This document shows, piece by piece, positions 31,455-45,395 of a stretch of DNA of 64,000 nt (its first letter is position 1; every line of letters begins with the position of its first letter). Position numbers and translations under genes: made by a program. Source of the stretch: the human T2T-CHM13v2.0 reference genome, Homo sapiens. Location: the NCBI RefSeq assembly GCF_009914755.1, contig NC_060932.1. One strand, written 5' to 3'. Below the pieces are notes generated by a model. That model worked only from the letters and a program-made list of their open reading frames with translations. It ran no database searches and was not told the origin of the DNA.

Positions 31455-32760
31455 TAGCATTTGTATAGATTGCTGCATAACAAACTATTCCAAAACTTAG
31501 TGCTTAATTCAACAGTAATCAATTATTTCACTCATGAATCTGTCTATAATTAGAACTCACGGAACTCAAGTACTGTGATGGGCCTGACATTTTATCCTAC
31601 TTGTAAGGTAACAAGATAGCCTGCTACAGCTTCACAGATGTTGTCAGAAGACATAAGCACCCCCTAGCATGGAGACAAAGGACTATACATAGCACAGAAA
31701 TCAGCACGAGGTTTTATATTTACATTGGTTCCTTTCCCTCTCATGTCTCATGGTGTATTAGTCCATGCCCACACTCCTATAAAAAACTACCTTAGACTGG
31801 GTAATTTATAAATAAAAGAGGTTTAATTGACTTATAGTTCCACATGGCCGGGGAGGCCACAGGAAACTTACAATCATGGTGGAAAGCTAAGGGGAAGCCG
31901 GTAACTCTTCTCATGTCAGAACGGGAGAGAGCGCAAAAGGGGAAGCACCACTCACTTATCAAACAACCAGATCTCATGAGAACTCTATTAAGAGAATAGT
32001 GAGAGGGAAGTCTGCCCTCACGACTCAATCACTTCCCACCAGGTCCCTCCTGTGACAAGTGGGGATTACAATTTGAGGTGAGATTTGGGTGGGGACACAG
32101 AGCCAAACTATATCACACGGTGTTTATGTTGAGTGCTCCAGGATGATGTTATAAACACAGAGGGTTTGCATCACAGTGGAGGAACCTTGAACTTAAAAAA
32201 CCTGGATCTTTTAAAAAAGGATGCACGTAAACATGCCCTCTGCTCTGCAGGGAGACTCTCTCTATCTTTCAAGGCTATTCACTATACAAACATGCTTTAA
32301 AAGTTCAGAACAAAATGGCAATTAGGGCATCACTTTCAAGATAAGCAGAAATGTGAAAGACCATGAAGAATTGTTGTAAAACACAGAGATCTTTCATCCC
32401 TACTCCACATGGAATTAAGTTGGGCCCCTTGACTGAGGGCTGGAGGATCCTTTGTCAAGGTGGTTCACTCACGTGACTGGCAAGTTGATGTTGATTATTG
32501 TCTGGGAACAGCAACTGCAGTGGAGCAGCAATTTAGCTTCCTCCAAAGTTTATCTCTGCATGGGTTGTTTGGGCTTACTCATGAATGCTGACTAGGTTGA
32601 GTTCTGGATTTAGAAATCATACAGCATCATTTCCACTGTACTCACAAGTCCATCCCTACTTAATGTCTTGATAGCAGGAGTACTAAAATCACAATGCAAG
32701 AGAAACATGCAGGATGGGAGATATTGTGGCCCTTTTTCTTTTGAAAATGCAATCTTCTGT
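31455..32760 (-). mobile_element. MLT1-type LTR split by a nested ERVL-class LTR (~31574-32382)
   Basis: attgctgcataacaaactattccaaaacttagtg ... gggctggaggatcc...cactcacgtgactggcaagttg; inner LTR starts tgtgatgggcctgacattttatcctacttg. Confidence 0.55.
31754..32115 (-). mobile_element. THE1D/MSTA-like solo LTR
   Basis: tgtattagtcc...gggacacagagccaaactatatca; TSD catgg/cacgg. Confidence 0.85.
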
Positions 32761-35700
32761 AACATCTATTAATGTAATAGACATGTGTTGAGCATCTATT
32801 ACATTCCACACAGTATGCTAGTTGGTGAAGAATGACAAAATCACTGGTTAATGAGTTCCCCATTTAGTGGAGAAAAGAGAGGCCCAAAGAATTACAGTTA
32901 ATACTAAATGGTGTGTTCAATAACAGATAAACATAGGTAACACAGGCACACAGTACAGGGATATGAGTCCAGTCTAAGAAGGAAGTCAATCATTCTGATT
33001 CTGAAACCAGCACTGGCCCTCAGTACTTAATTTATCATTACCTTTTTGTACTTACGACATCTCATGTTGCATTTACCTGGACATACGTCTTATTACCCAT
33101 CAGATTATGAGCCAAACAATAATACCATTTCTTGAGCCATTATTTGTTTGACAGACAATATACTAAACATTTTATTCAGGATATATCATTTGTTCCCTTA
33201 CAATAAACCCAAAGGGGCAGATAAAATTACACTATTTAAAAAATGAAGAATCAAGTTTCTAGAAAGAGAAGTTATTAAAACTTTTAAGTAGCAGACCTCG
33301 AATTAGTTCTCAAGTCTTTCAGTTTCCAACACTTATACCTACAACCACTACATTGTGCTGTGCTATGATGATCTTTATGTCACAATAACTAAAATATTAG
33401 TGCATAAATATCAGCATGTCCCTTTACCTGTCCTTTAAAAGAAAGAGTTCTATTTTGCATTTATTGTATCTGTGCTTTATTATGAAATTGGTCAAGGTAA
33501 TAGATGAAGCTGGGAGTCAAGAGAGGCTAGATTGGTTTGCATTGGAAAGGGCAGACTGTCACATACATATTAAAAGGAAAAGGAAATAGGAAGGAGAGCG
33601 TAGAGACTAACTACCAATATATGAGTTGTATTTAGAGAATTTTATAAAGTTTGAAGAGGAGAGTCAAAGAGTAATAGGAAAGATAATTTAGGTCATTTTA
33701 CTGTGGTCTGAGCCATGTAACGTCTTCTTGATTTTTTTACAGAAAAATACCAGCAATATTCAATTGATTTCCAATTACTTTGGATGCCAAACTTGTTTCT
33801 TCTTACATCATTCAGAGGTGTAAAGTCCACAAAGCACCTCAGTTTTATTGGGGTTCTATTTGCTTCAGATCATTTCAGATCCAGAAACACCCACTAAGTT
33901 GCTTCTATGAACAAGTCACAGTGCTAGGTGCTGGGTATTACATAGACCTAAAGAAAACATGACTTTGTTAGTAACTTTACAGTTCTTTGAGGTGGAACCA
34001 ATAATAAATAATTGTAGTGTATGCAATATTGAGGAAAACACAGGAGATTGTGAGGCCAGAGAGGATAGACACATATGACTATGTGCAGGTGGTGAGTGTG
34101 GGGTTGCTACAGAAAGGTCTAGTATGTTGCCTGATGCTTTCCATATTCAGAGCATTGATCATATCTAAATTGCTTTGAAATGGGAAGGAAGGTTAGAGGG
34201 AGACTTACCAAGTGAACTTGATATCAGAGAGCACCTTAAGCAAAAGGGAAGGTTTAGTTCATAATTTGCTCATTCCTACTGAGGAAATTAGGGCAAGTGT
34301 CTTATCCAAACTGATTCTGCAACCCAGCAACGGAGAGAGTCTAGCTGGGCAGGTTCATTAGGTTACATGCCAAGCACATATTAATAAGCCTATCTCTGCA
34401 AAGCTTCCCATGGAAGTGAGCTTCCCACTATGCATTAAGAGGCAGGCCACACTATAGCTAAGTATGTGTCTGAACTGATTTGCTGTCTGGGATACTTTCT
34501 TGGGTAGCTCTTTAACATAACCCAACAATACTTTTAAACTTTGTTATGTGAATTCCAGACTCTTATTTAGTCTTTGGGATCACAGTTGTTTTGTTGATTG
34601 TTTTCTTCTTGAAGAATAGCCAACAGGCTTTATTCATTTTGTATCTCTGGAACTCTGTGTGGACACTGATACTGGTTTAGGGAATAAAAATGACGTTCCA
34701 ATCTGTGAAGTGGGTATTTTCTTCACTACTGTTTCCATTGTATAAATGAGGGAGCAAAGTCTCAGAGAGGTCAGGCTCTTCAACTACAGGGTGAGTGTTG
34801 GTATTTTGGTTCAAATTCTGTGATCTTATAAAGTCCATATATTTTCTATAATTAAACTTTATCTCAATATGCTTCCTGAATTAGGCTAAATAAATAGTAG
34901 GTCTTTCAACTTTTTTATTTTCAATCAGTTGGCCCTGTTAGTTCACTTCTTAGCTATCTGATACAAAAACAAAATAATCAATTAAGATACGGACTATATC
35001 TGACATTGAATAACTCCATTACATGTTAAGTTAAAAAATTATTGTGTATGCAGGCATGTTAAACATGGCTACTTTTTTGTAAAATACAGTATGTGTGTAT
35101 GTGTGTGTGGGTGTGTGTGCTTGAATTCCTGAAGGCTATATATAAAAAATGTTAGCAATGTTTACCTGTGAATGGCAGAATCACAGGTAACTTACCTTTC
35201 TTTTTATTTTTTTTTTCTGAATCATTTGTTTTTTGGAACAACTCCTATGTTTTACTTTTATAAACATATAAAACAGTAAAGTTATTTCCATCTTAGAAAG
35301 ATAAATCTCTTGTACATATTTGATACTTTGTTATTTGGATTTCAGTGCTATAGAAAAGCCTGGGGATTAGGGAAAACTAACAAAGCTGGTTGAAATGAAA
35401 CAAACAAAAGCTGAGTGAGGTTCCTAGTACCCCAGCTCTAATAGATCAGTGTTTGTGTCCACCTGTGTCCAGGTGTAATTTCTGATGAGCCCTGGTCTCT
35501 GGTTCAACATCTTGTTGCATTTGTGTAGTCTCTTACAGTTTACAAGGTCTCTGATCTTCTTTTTCAACAAACACACTCTGTATAAGCAAGAAGGTCAGGC
35601 ATTGTTTTCTTTTCCTTCCCCATGTCCCCATTCTGCTGTATTTAGGCCAAGGAAGTAAAATTCAAAGAGGCTGTTACTTGCTAAGTCCTATACTGAGTTG

Positions 35701-36129
35701 AGTTATGGCATGAGGAGCAGTGCTGAGAGACAGACAATAAATATTATGAATCATCATAACTACTGTCTTTGCCATTTATTTTATCTTCCCCAGCTCCCCC
35801 AGGAGAACTAGATACTCCCACCTCTAACAAAAATTACACATACCTCCAACCCTAATATAGCATTTGCTTACATGCATCTCCTTGAGGGAAGACAGTATTT
35901 CAATTTCATACTGCTTATGTCAGAATCCGGCACACAGCAAGTTCCCAACACACAATTACTGAATAAATAAACAGCTTCTATCCTGGAGGCCCATCGTACA
36001 AAAGTAATTATGAAAAATAAAGAAAGAAAAGGACCCCTTTATTAATATTATGGAGTTCCAGGAGATGAGGGGGTGCAAGTTGGTCTCTGGACCCCCTCAT
36101 AAACTCCAAATTATAGCAATTTCTACATC

Positions 36130-36310
36130 TGTCCTGGTATGCTGGAGCTGGCTCTTATCACCTCACAGAGCTGATAACTAAAATTTTGAAGACTTCCGTG
36201 AGCCATTTGACTCACACTGGTAACTTGAAATTGACCATAGTGGAAGTACTTACACTGCAGGAACTGGCAAATGGTACAAATCAGGATTTTTTGTTGTTGT
36301 TAGTTCCTGG
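36130..36310. mobile_element. MER63-like hAT DNA transposon relic
   Basis: ggtatgctggagctggctc...aacttgaaattgaccatagtggaagtacttacac...tacaaatcagg. Confidence 0.6.
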
Positions 36311-36531
36311 ACCAAGGGCTTCAGTGCTGTCTTTGTCTCCTCATGCCATAAACCTCATGCCACTTTCATGGAAAACTGACACACCAGGAGTATTGGGAAG
36401 GCAAGGCAGAGTTAGGGGGAAGTGACTTGTTCTAGCTTACTCCATGACTTCAATAGGGCAAAAAGAGGATTTTAACCCTCAATTCCTTCGCCAGTATTTT
36501 TTCTTCAACACCACCATATTAGAAGGGCTTA

Positions 36532-36898
<367 letters not shown>

Positions 36899-38310
36899 TT
36901 ACCCTCTGGGGTAACATTATCTTAACAGGAATGAATGCTTCCACCCTGACCTCTGCCAGGGAGCTGAGGTAGCCACAAAAGAGCTGACTGCTTTGAGGAA
37001 CATGAGGAAGATGACAATGATAGTGCTGATGGCAGTGTTTATTATGTGCTGGGCCCCATGCTAGGTGTGTCCATGTACGATGTAATTTAATTCTCATAGC
37101 AACACTACAATAACAATAATGACTAGTATCTGTTCATTAGTATTTTACATGCTAGTTTTTATGTCAAACTCTACAGGTGACAAGCAATCTCTGCCCTGTT
37201 AGATCCCATAGTCTAGGTGCAGTTAATCACAGAACATCACAGTCTGCTCAGCCTATACCTAAGCAATAATAACAAGAAAAACAAAAAGAGTAAACGGTTG
37301 CTTATTATTTACCAGATGTTGTTCCAGGCATTTTACATGTATTATCTCATTTAACCTTTCCCTATGGGTGAGCTATCATTATTATTCCCATTTTAGAGAT
37401 AAGAAAAATGAGACACAGAAAGACTAAGACTGCATTTTTCACCACTATACTTTGCTATTCATAAAACAGAAATCCTTGTTTTGTAAATAAAGAAACTGAG
37501 ATACAAAAAAATAAAGTAAGTTTCCTCAAAGCCACACAGCTAAAAGTGACAGAGATGGGATTTAGCCCAGGACTCTGGTTTCAGAGAAGGGATTCTCTTA
37601 ATAGTATTTATGATGGAGCCGATGATGGTGACAGAGAAAATCATGCCATCCCTCTAGTAACAAGGGCTCCTCATGTGGAAATAGTCTCAGATGAGTCAGA
37701 TATTATTAATTACTTCTCACAGACAATAAGTCAAGTCCCATAGTCAGAGTCATAAAGCCAGTTATGTAGAGTCAGAGACCCCAGCCCCAACCTCAGAACT
37801 GTCTTCACATCCTTGTGCCCTTTTCTGCTTTCCCATGAACTGTCCTCTCAGGAGGATGCCTGTCACAGACCCTTGGATTACTGGTCTGCTTGATAGCATT
37901 TCTTGAATATAAACTGGCCAGGATGTAGGAGTCTCAAATTAGGGGCCATGGTTTCTTGTCATTTCTGGTTTGATCTTAGGCCTGCCTGTTCCCTTCCTGG
38001 ATTTCCATTTTCTGAAGGTAAAATGATGTGCATTGGGGAACAGACCTAATGATCCCAAAGGTGCTTTTTAAAGTTGATATTACCTTCTAAGTTTAGCTGG
38101 GAAAATAAGAGTTTTCTGAGAAAGAGTCATACTCTATAGCTTTGGATGGGAAAGTGCCTTATGACATGAGATGTGGGAGAATTAAGAAATCAGCCAAGCA
38201 TCACTGAGTAGGCTGTGAATGGAAGAATGCTGGCAGATCTTCAGGGACACAGTAATTAAGCAGAAGCAGATGAAAGTTCTAAAAGAGACATCAACAAAAA
38301 CTAGTGCTGT

Positions 38311-38659
<349 letters not shown>

Positions 38660-39769
38660 TCAAAGATTTGTAGATAAGGGAAACGTGCCTAGAGCCTAGG
38701 AGATAGAGAATTACTATAGGGCAATTAATGTGAAAGAAAACATTAAATAAGACTACAGTAGTACAATGAAGTGATATTGGAGAACATTAAAATCACAGAC
38801 TCCTTCTTTCACAAAGTTTTATCAATTGTGAGGAACAAGTGAGAGTTTAGGAAAACCCTCATGGCCTTTGCTGAACCCTCATCCCAGTAACGGAGACAGA
38901 ACTTCAGAGTTCTCCAGCTGTTTTGTTTTCCAGTTTACAGTACAGTGGAACTACTGCTTTAGAATTTGGCATCACTTGTTGGGGATATGAGTGGCAGTGC
39001 CTGAGAATTAATCTAATACAGAGAAAAAAGTTAGAGCTGAGAAATCCATTAAGATGTAAAGCATCATTTGAGGTCCTGGACATAGCTATTCTTAAAGCCG
39101 TACTTCCTCTTATAGGGCTAGTCAATACCTCTCATTTCTATTATGCCTTAAGTCTCTTGGGTTATTTACCTTTTATTTGCAAGAAGAAGAGTCCTGGCAC
39201 CTAATACAAACTAATAATTTTATGTACATATCTATACATGCATGTGTACATTGAAAAAGTCTAGAAAAAATAGCACCCCCACAAAACAAACACTGCATTA
39301 CCTAAATCTTGATTTCTCAATACTATCACCCAACAACAAAAAAAAGCCAGAGATCCTTACAGGAATGGCTGATTCTAGGTTTGAGGTGGAAAAGTACAAG
39401 GTAAACTAGATTTTTTTTTTTTTTTTTTTTTTTTTGCCAGAAATCAAGAAAGAACTCAAAGACTGATGAGTTGCATCCAGCACACACAGGAGCAGAGGGA
39501 AGGGGTTCCCACTGGCTAATTTTTGGAAATGTAAGCACAAAAAAAAGATTATAATTTATTGTAGTGCATTTAATTTTTTATAATTTATAAATGTATAATA
39601 TGAGAGAGGTGGAGTAAGGGAGAGAGAAACAAAAGGGTAAAAAAAAAAAACAAAAAAAACCTGTCCTATACAGAAGAATGTCAGCTTACATATGTAGAAG
39701 AGATTACAGAATTAGAAAAACAAGTCATTTTAATTAATTTAAGCAATGATCATCAATGGAATTATGACC

Positions 39770-40130
39770 TGTTTCTACTCACAAAACTTTTTATATCAAA
39801 TGTGTGGGTTTTTCCACACCAACAACCCTTCTCTAACCTCTCAGCACTAAGTGGGTGTTCAATAATTCAATACAGTTCCTACACCAACTACCTAGAGTTA
39901 GCGTCAAGCCTCATAGGTGAAAGCCTCAGTCTCTCAAGACTGCTCCTATTTCAAACGCCAAGAGTGAGTCCTGGGGACTCTCCTGCTTCTGACTGACTAG
40001 CTGTAAATCTAGGGTTCCCACAATTCTCTCCTTGGTTTTGATAATTTGCTAGAGCACCTCACATAACTCAGGAAGTTACTTCATTTTTATTTGCTAGTTT
40101 ATTATAAAGAAACAGCCAAATGAAACAGAA
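39770..40130 (-). mobile_element. MER21-like LTR fragment inside an old L1ME 3' region
   Basis: caaatgtgtgggtttttccacaccaac...caactacctagagttagcg...ttgataatttgctagagcacctcac. Confidence 0.6.
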
Positions 40131-41023
40131 GCATAGGAGAAGGGAAGGGAGAATGCAATATCACAGAAATAAAAAATCATTAAATAAAAAGTTGTAGGGG
40201 AAACAGATATTCCATGATGCCAAAAGACCCCTACCTCCTTTGCCACCCCAGGAAATCTCGTAGATAATAGCAAAAAGAAATGTGTACCTTTCCATGCAAA
40301 CATCAGGTTGACCATCATCTTAACCAAATGATCAAACTTTGCCTTATCAACAGTTGGAAAACTTGATTTTGTTTTTCTCCTTTTATGCTGTAAAATGACC
40401 TTGCCAAAAATGTTTAACGTGGATCTAAGCAAGCCTTTAGAACCAATGCTCAGTTTCTAGAAAAAGTAGATGGGAAAAAATGGGTAAGTATACCATAAGA
40501 AAATTCAATAAATATAAATTAATAGAGATGTGGAGTTTTTTTTACAAAACCATTGGCCTAGACTCTTCCAGAAGTCAATATTAACTGGGGGAGAAAAGAA
40601 AAAATAAAAGATGGCAGATTTGTTTTAGATAGAAGAATTCGAAGAAACGTAATGATGAAAGATAATGCATAAAACTTTGAGTGGATATTGATTTTAAATT
40701 TTAAACAAATATAGAAAGAGTCTAAAGATAATTGAGAAATTATGACTGTGGGCTATTAGTCAAAATTATGAATACTTGTTAATTTATTTGTGTGCGAAAG
40801 GCATTGCAGCTTTATAGAAGAATGTCTTTATTCTTAGCAGAGGTATCCAAAGTGTTCAGAAGGAAAAGATCATGATATCAGCAACTTACTTTCATATGGA
40901 TCAGAAAAATATGAATATAAGCCCTTTATTATTTATAAATATAGAGAGATAAAGCAACTATGATGAAATGTTAACAACTTTTGACAATTCTCGGAAGGTA
41001 TACAGGTGTTCTTTGTGTAAGTC

Positions 41024-41243
41024 CAAGGGTTGGCAAACTTTTTCTGTAGAAGCCACTTTACATATATATAGTAATTTACACTAAAAAATATAGTAAATAA
41101 CAAACTTCTTATGCTTTGTGTACCAGAAGGTCTCTGCCATAGCTAGTCAACACTGCCCTTACAGTATTAAAGCAGACATTGACAATGCATTTAAGAATGC
41201 ACATGGCTGGATTTGGCTCTCAGGCATAGTTTACCAATCCCTG
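41024..41243. mobile_element. MER58A-like hAT DNA transposon
   Basis: TIRs caagggttggcaaact ... agtttaccaatccctg. Confidence 0.75.
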
Positions 41244-41245
41244 TA

Positions 41246-41896
41246 CAATAAATCCCCTTTATCCATGGGAAATACATTCTAAGACCACCCCCCATAGATG
41301 CCTGAAACTATGGATAGTATCAAAACCTCTATGTAGTATGTTTTTTCCTAAGCATACATACCTATGATAAAGTTTAATTATAAATTAGGCACAGTAAGAG
41401 ATGAACAACAATAGCTAATAATGAAAGAGAATGATTGGAACAGTATACTGTAGTAAAACATGTGAATGTGGTCTCTCAAAATTTCTAATTGTACTGTATT
41501 CACCATTCTTGTGATGATGTGAGATGATAAAATGCCTAATGATGAGATGAAGTGGGATAAATGACATAGGCATTGGAGTGAGGCATTAGGCTACCACTGA
41601 CCTTCTGAAGATATGTCAGAAGGAGGATCATTTGCTTCAGGTGATCCTGGATCACTGACCCATGATGAAGTTGATGGTGGTATTTCAGGAGCAGACCATG
41701 TAGATGACTAATGGGTGGGTAGTGTATGTAGAGTAGATACACTGGACAAAGAAATGATTCATGACCCAGGCAGGGTGGATTTCATCACAAAATAGCTTAC
41801 AGTTTAATACTTAGAAATTGTTTATTTTCAGACTGAGGTTGACGGAGGGTAACTGAAATCTTGGAAAGTGAAACTGGGGATAAGGGTGACTAATGC
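41246..41896. mobile_element. MER44/Tigger7-like TcMar DNA transposon relic
   Basis: TIR-like ends caataaatcccctttatcc ... ggataagggtgactaatg after TA; gtttaattataaattaggcacagtaagag core. Confidence 0.7.
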
Positions 41897-41964
41897 ACTA
41901 CTCCTTTAACTCTGTATGTGATTGTAAATTCTCATCATATAAAGTGTGGGGAGAAAAGAGAGAC

Positions 41965-42020
41965 TTGGTGTTGATCATCATAATGCATATCTTTTGGTGT
42001 TGATCATCATAATGCATATC
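41965..42020. repeat. Perfect 27-bp direct repeat (period 29)
   Basis: ttggtgttgatcatcataatgcatatc at 41965-41991 and 41994-42020. Confidence 0.95.
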
Positions 42021-42399
42021 AATGAGGAAGTATTCAATATGCACAATGGAGTGGTGATGGACAAGGGTTGGCGAGAGGGCACCTCATAGTCTCTGCTAAG
42101 GGCATGGGGCTTTGTGGGTGAGTAACACTGAGCCAGCAAAAGCATTCTTTACTCTCCTTACAATTGCTTGTTTCAAGAGCTTGAGCTCCAAATCACTGTG
42201 CTATTTCACATTTGGTCTTTTTTTATTTTCCTCAGGTTTTTAAAATGTATTATTGTTGTTTCCTGTTTGCCTCCAAATGCTACTTGTGTATATTTAATAC
42301 AACTCAAAAATCTCTAGATTTACTCAAATCTATCTATCTTTATTGATCTTGCAGTTAGTGACTGTATAAAACAGAAAGGCCTAGAACCAATTGCAGACA

Positions 42400-43040
42400 A
42401 TTATTTTATTTCTAATGCCCTTATCTTGATGTTCAGTTCTTTAGCAAGACTTATCTACTTTGACAGCTGGGCACTCTGGGACTTCATTCTGCCAAACGTC
42501 AAGTAGATGTGAGGCTATTAAGGGAGTTTGCTGGTTTGGAAAATTGAGCACTGAAAGTTCTCAGGTAAATAGGGAGGAAGTGCTAAAATGCTGCTTCTTC
42601 AGCTTCAGTCTGCTTTTGGCAAGCATTTTATCCAAGTTAACATTAGAAAGAGAGGTTGGGGTTCTTCTGTTTAGTCAAGCTTTGTTTTCAAGGATCTGCA
42701 TGTACCTCTACTTGGACAACACCTCAACCTGTGCTCTTTCTAGAGTACTGACAGTCTTATCAGACAAACAGTCTGTTCAGAGTCAATCAACCTTATCTGG
42801 CAATTAGGCTGAAGATAAGCTATTCCTCTTTTTTGCATTCGCAGATAAAATCATGCTTCCCGTTCAAGAGGTTCACTCTGGGTATAGACGGCATTTCTGA
42901 AAACATGGCATTGACTGACATTATTGACAGTGGACTGGGAATGGAAAGATCAGAGTTCTTTGCATGGCTGAGCATCTTACTTTTCCTTGATCTTGGGAAG
43001 GAAGGCGCCTTCTCTGATGGAGATTATCTGTCAGTGAAAC
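42400..43040. promoter_or_regulatory. Candidate GATA/TALE(MEIS) enhancer
   Basis: Seven WGATAA and four TGACAG sites in ~610 bp where I recognise no repeat; motif evidence only. Confidence 0.35.
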
Positions 43041-45259
43041 TAGGTGGGTAGACCTGGAAACTTCCAGCTCCCACCTCCTATTTAACTACAAATCTATATA
43101 CGTGTTCATTTTTCCACTTTATTTTATTTTCTAGTCATGAAGGCAATTTTATGTTTCAAAATAAGAATCCATTTCCAGAGAAAGAATTTGTTAATTCAAC
43201 TGTGCAGTTTAAAAGATGAGGAAAATAGTGAGTAAAGAAAATACACATGCATGTGTGTACCTGCAGGCTTCCAGTACAATACTTTCTCAGAACAAATGTG
43301 TCAGAACTTGAAAGAAAATGTTATTAAATTGCCATGTCATTGTCATGCTCAACATTCTTTCTCAAAAGGAGAGAAAGTAACCATTGTTACTTATTTAATC
43401 TGTAGTATATTCTCAAAATTCTAACCCTAATGTGTAATAGGTGTATATATCATAATTGACCTTTGTGTGTGATTTTTTTGCTGTTCGTTCTCCTGCTCCA
43501 CTTTAAGCTGAGTACAGGTAGGCAAGGAATCTCTCGAACACCATTGTATCTCTAGTGCTCTGCAGTTTCAAGTGCATGTGCTCAATAACTATATGTTGAA
43601 TCAAATACAATTGAATTAAATAGAGAAATAGAGTCTGTGGAATCAGGTTTTATACCTAGACTATGCAACTAGTGTTTGAAGTTAAGTGTGCCAGACGTTA
43701 GCCTGTGTTCATTCCACTAAATTGTTTTGCCTTGTAAGATTATTATTTAGCACAGCCAAATAAGTGAACTTGAGGCACTTTACAGACAGAAAAGCTCTGG
43801 TTGACCTCCCCTCCCCTCACCAAGAAGCCCATTTTAAATCTAGCTGACACCAACAATTCTACCATGGTATGATGATTTTATCCTATGAGTGTAAGGTTCT
43901 GATTAACATGAAAAATGCTAATAACCTTGGAAGATCTCACATGCATATTATCAGATATCTATCCTTTTATTTAAATAAAACATCTTATTCCAGCAGCACA
44001 TGTTCTTTTTAGAGTTTAAATACCAATCACTATGGAGAAACAGATGGAGGAATGAAAACCAGGAATAAGGGGGAATTAAGAAATGTAAAACAATCTGACA
44101 CAGTTCTCACAGTGACAGCACTTTCATTTTCTCTCTCAGCACCCTGCTTCTGGTGTCACTGGTATCCAAGTCATTAGCTGGTAAAGCTTAGCACCTCATC
44201 GAGGTGTCTGCATTATTTCACTCTTCAAGACAGAAAAGTTGTCAAGACCAAAGGAAAATAAACCTCCGTTAGGAAAAAGAGGATTGCTATTTTGGGATTT
44301 GGGGTTCTACCCAGCAACACCCAAGATACCACCTTTTTTACCATGGCAATGAGATCATTACAAGTACACATACAAATGCTTATGTGAAATTAAATTATTT
44401 AGAATAAAAAGAAATATGATTTCAGCAGAAAGCATTTATGTGAAGACATATGTCTTATTTGGCTCATTTGATTCTTTGAAATTGTTTCTTTTAAGGCAAG
44501 GAGAATGAAAAAATCTCTATAATTCTACAAACATAAAATTATGTGACTCAGTGATTCAGTTTCATACTGAGTATATTGCTAGCCAAAATATAAAAGCCTT
44601 TTTATTATTATTTTACTCTTTTAAAAGGAGTTGTTCCCAAATGACATGAATTCACATTGTGGCATAGAGAGTTAGCAAAACTCTAGAGGTGCTCAATCAT
44701 TAACTAGATCATTATTTGGCAAATACATTATAGAGGCCAGTCCTGCAAAACATACGGTGGTTTTCAAAGTGTCGTCTGTGGTTCATACACATGAAAATCA
44801 CCTAGGCTGCTCGTTAAAAAGTAGTAACTAAAATCTCTAGTGATGAATTTTAGTAATTTGCATTTTAAACAATTTAACGGGAATTCTTTTGTAGTCTGAA
44901 CCTAAGAAGTACTAACAAAGAGAACTGGATCTAATATCATAAAGTCCAATTTAAGACCCTATTTTCTCTTCCTTTATGTTAGTTTTTAAAAGCATTCTCT
45001 TTGCTCAAAAGAAAACGGATGAGATAGTAGATCATCTAGAGTTCCTGAGTTAGAAGCACCAGAAACAAATTCTGCTAAAAAATGATAACAGAATAAAGGG
45101 AAAATAGTACAAAATCTAGCCTTTGGAAACACATGACCTGCAGTCACTCTTATGAACTTGGGCAGTATGGGCTATCTTTTGAGGACATTGTTGCTGGGAT
45201 AATTCATTTCTAGTTAATTTCAGTTTCCTAGATTAAAATTCAAAAGTTTTAGAGAAAAA

Positions 45260-45356
45260 GGTATTCATGTTGGAAAGTAAAAAGTAAAACTATCTCTATT
45301 CACAGATAAGATGATATATATGTGTATGTGTGTATACATGTATATACATGTGTTAT

Positions 45357-45395
<39 letters not shown>

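Noticed and set aside
41965-42020. 27-bp direct repeat as a CRISPR-like array
   Set aside because: Only two copies with a 2-bp gap, no spacers and no cas genes, in eukaryotic DNA.
42460-43051. 115-aa and 72-aa ORFs in unique DNA as a small gene
   Set aside because: Non-ATG starts, no recognisable domain, and lengths within chance expectation; motif content fits a regulatory role better.
44105-44190. Possible short exon (polypyrimidine tract + CAG at 44137-44139, donor ctg|gtaaag at ~44180)
   Set aside because: Weak donor, no partner exons or coding signal; such sites are common by chance.
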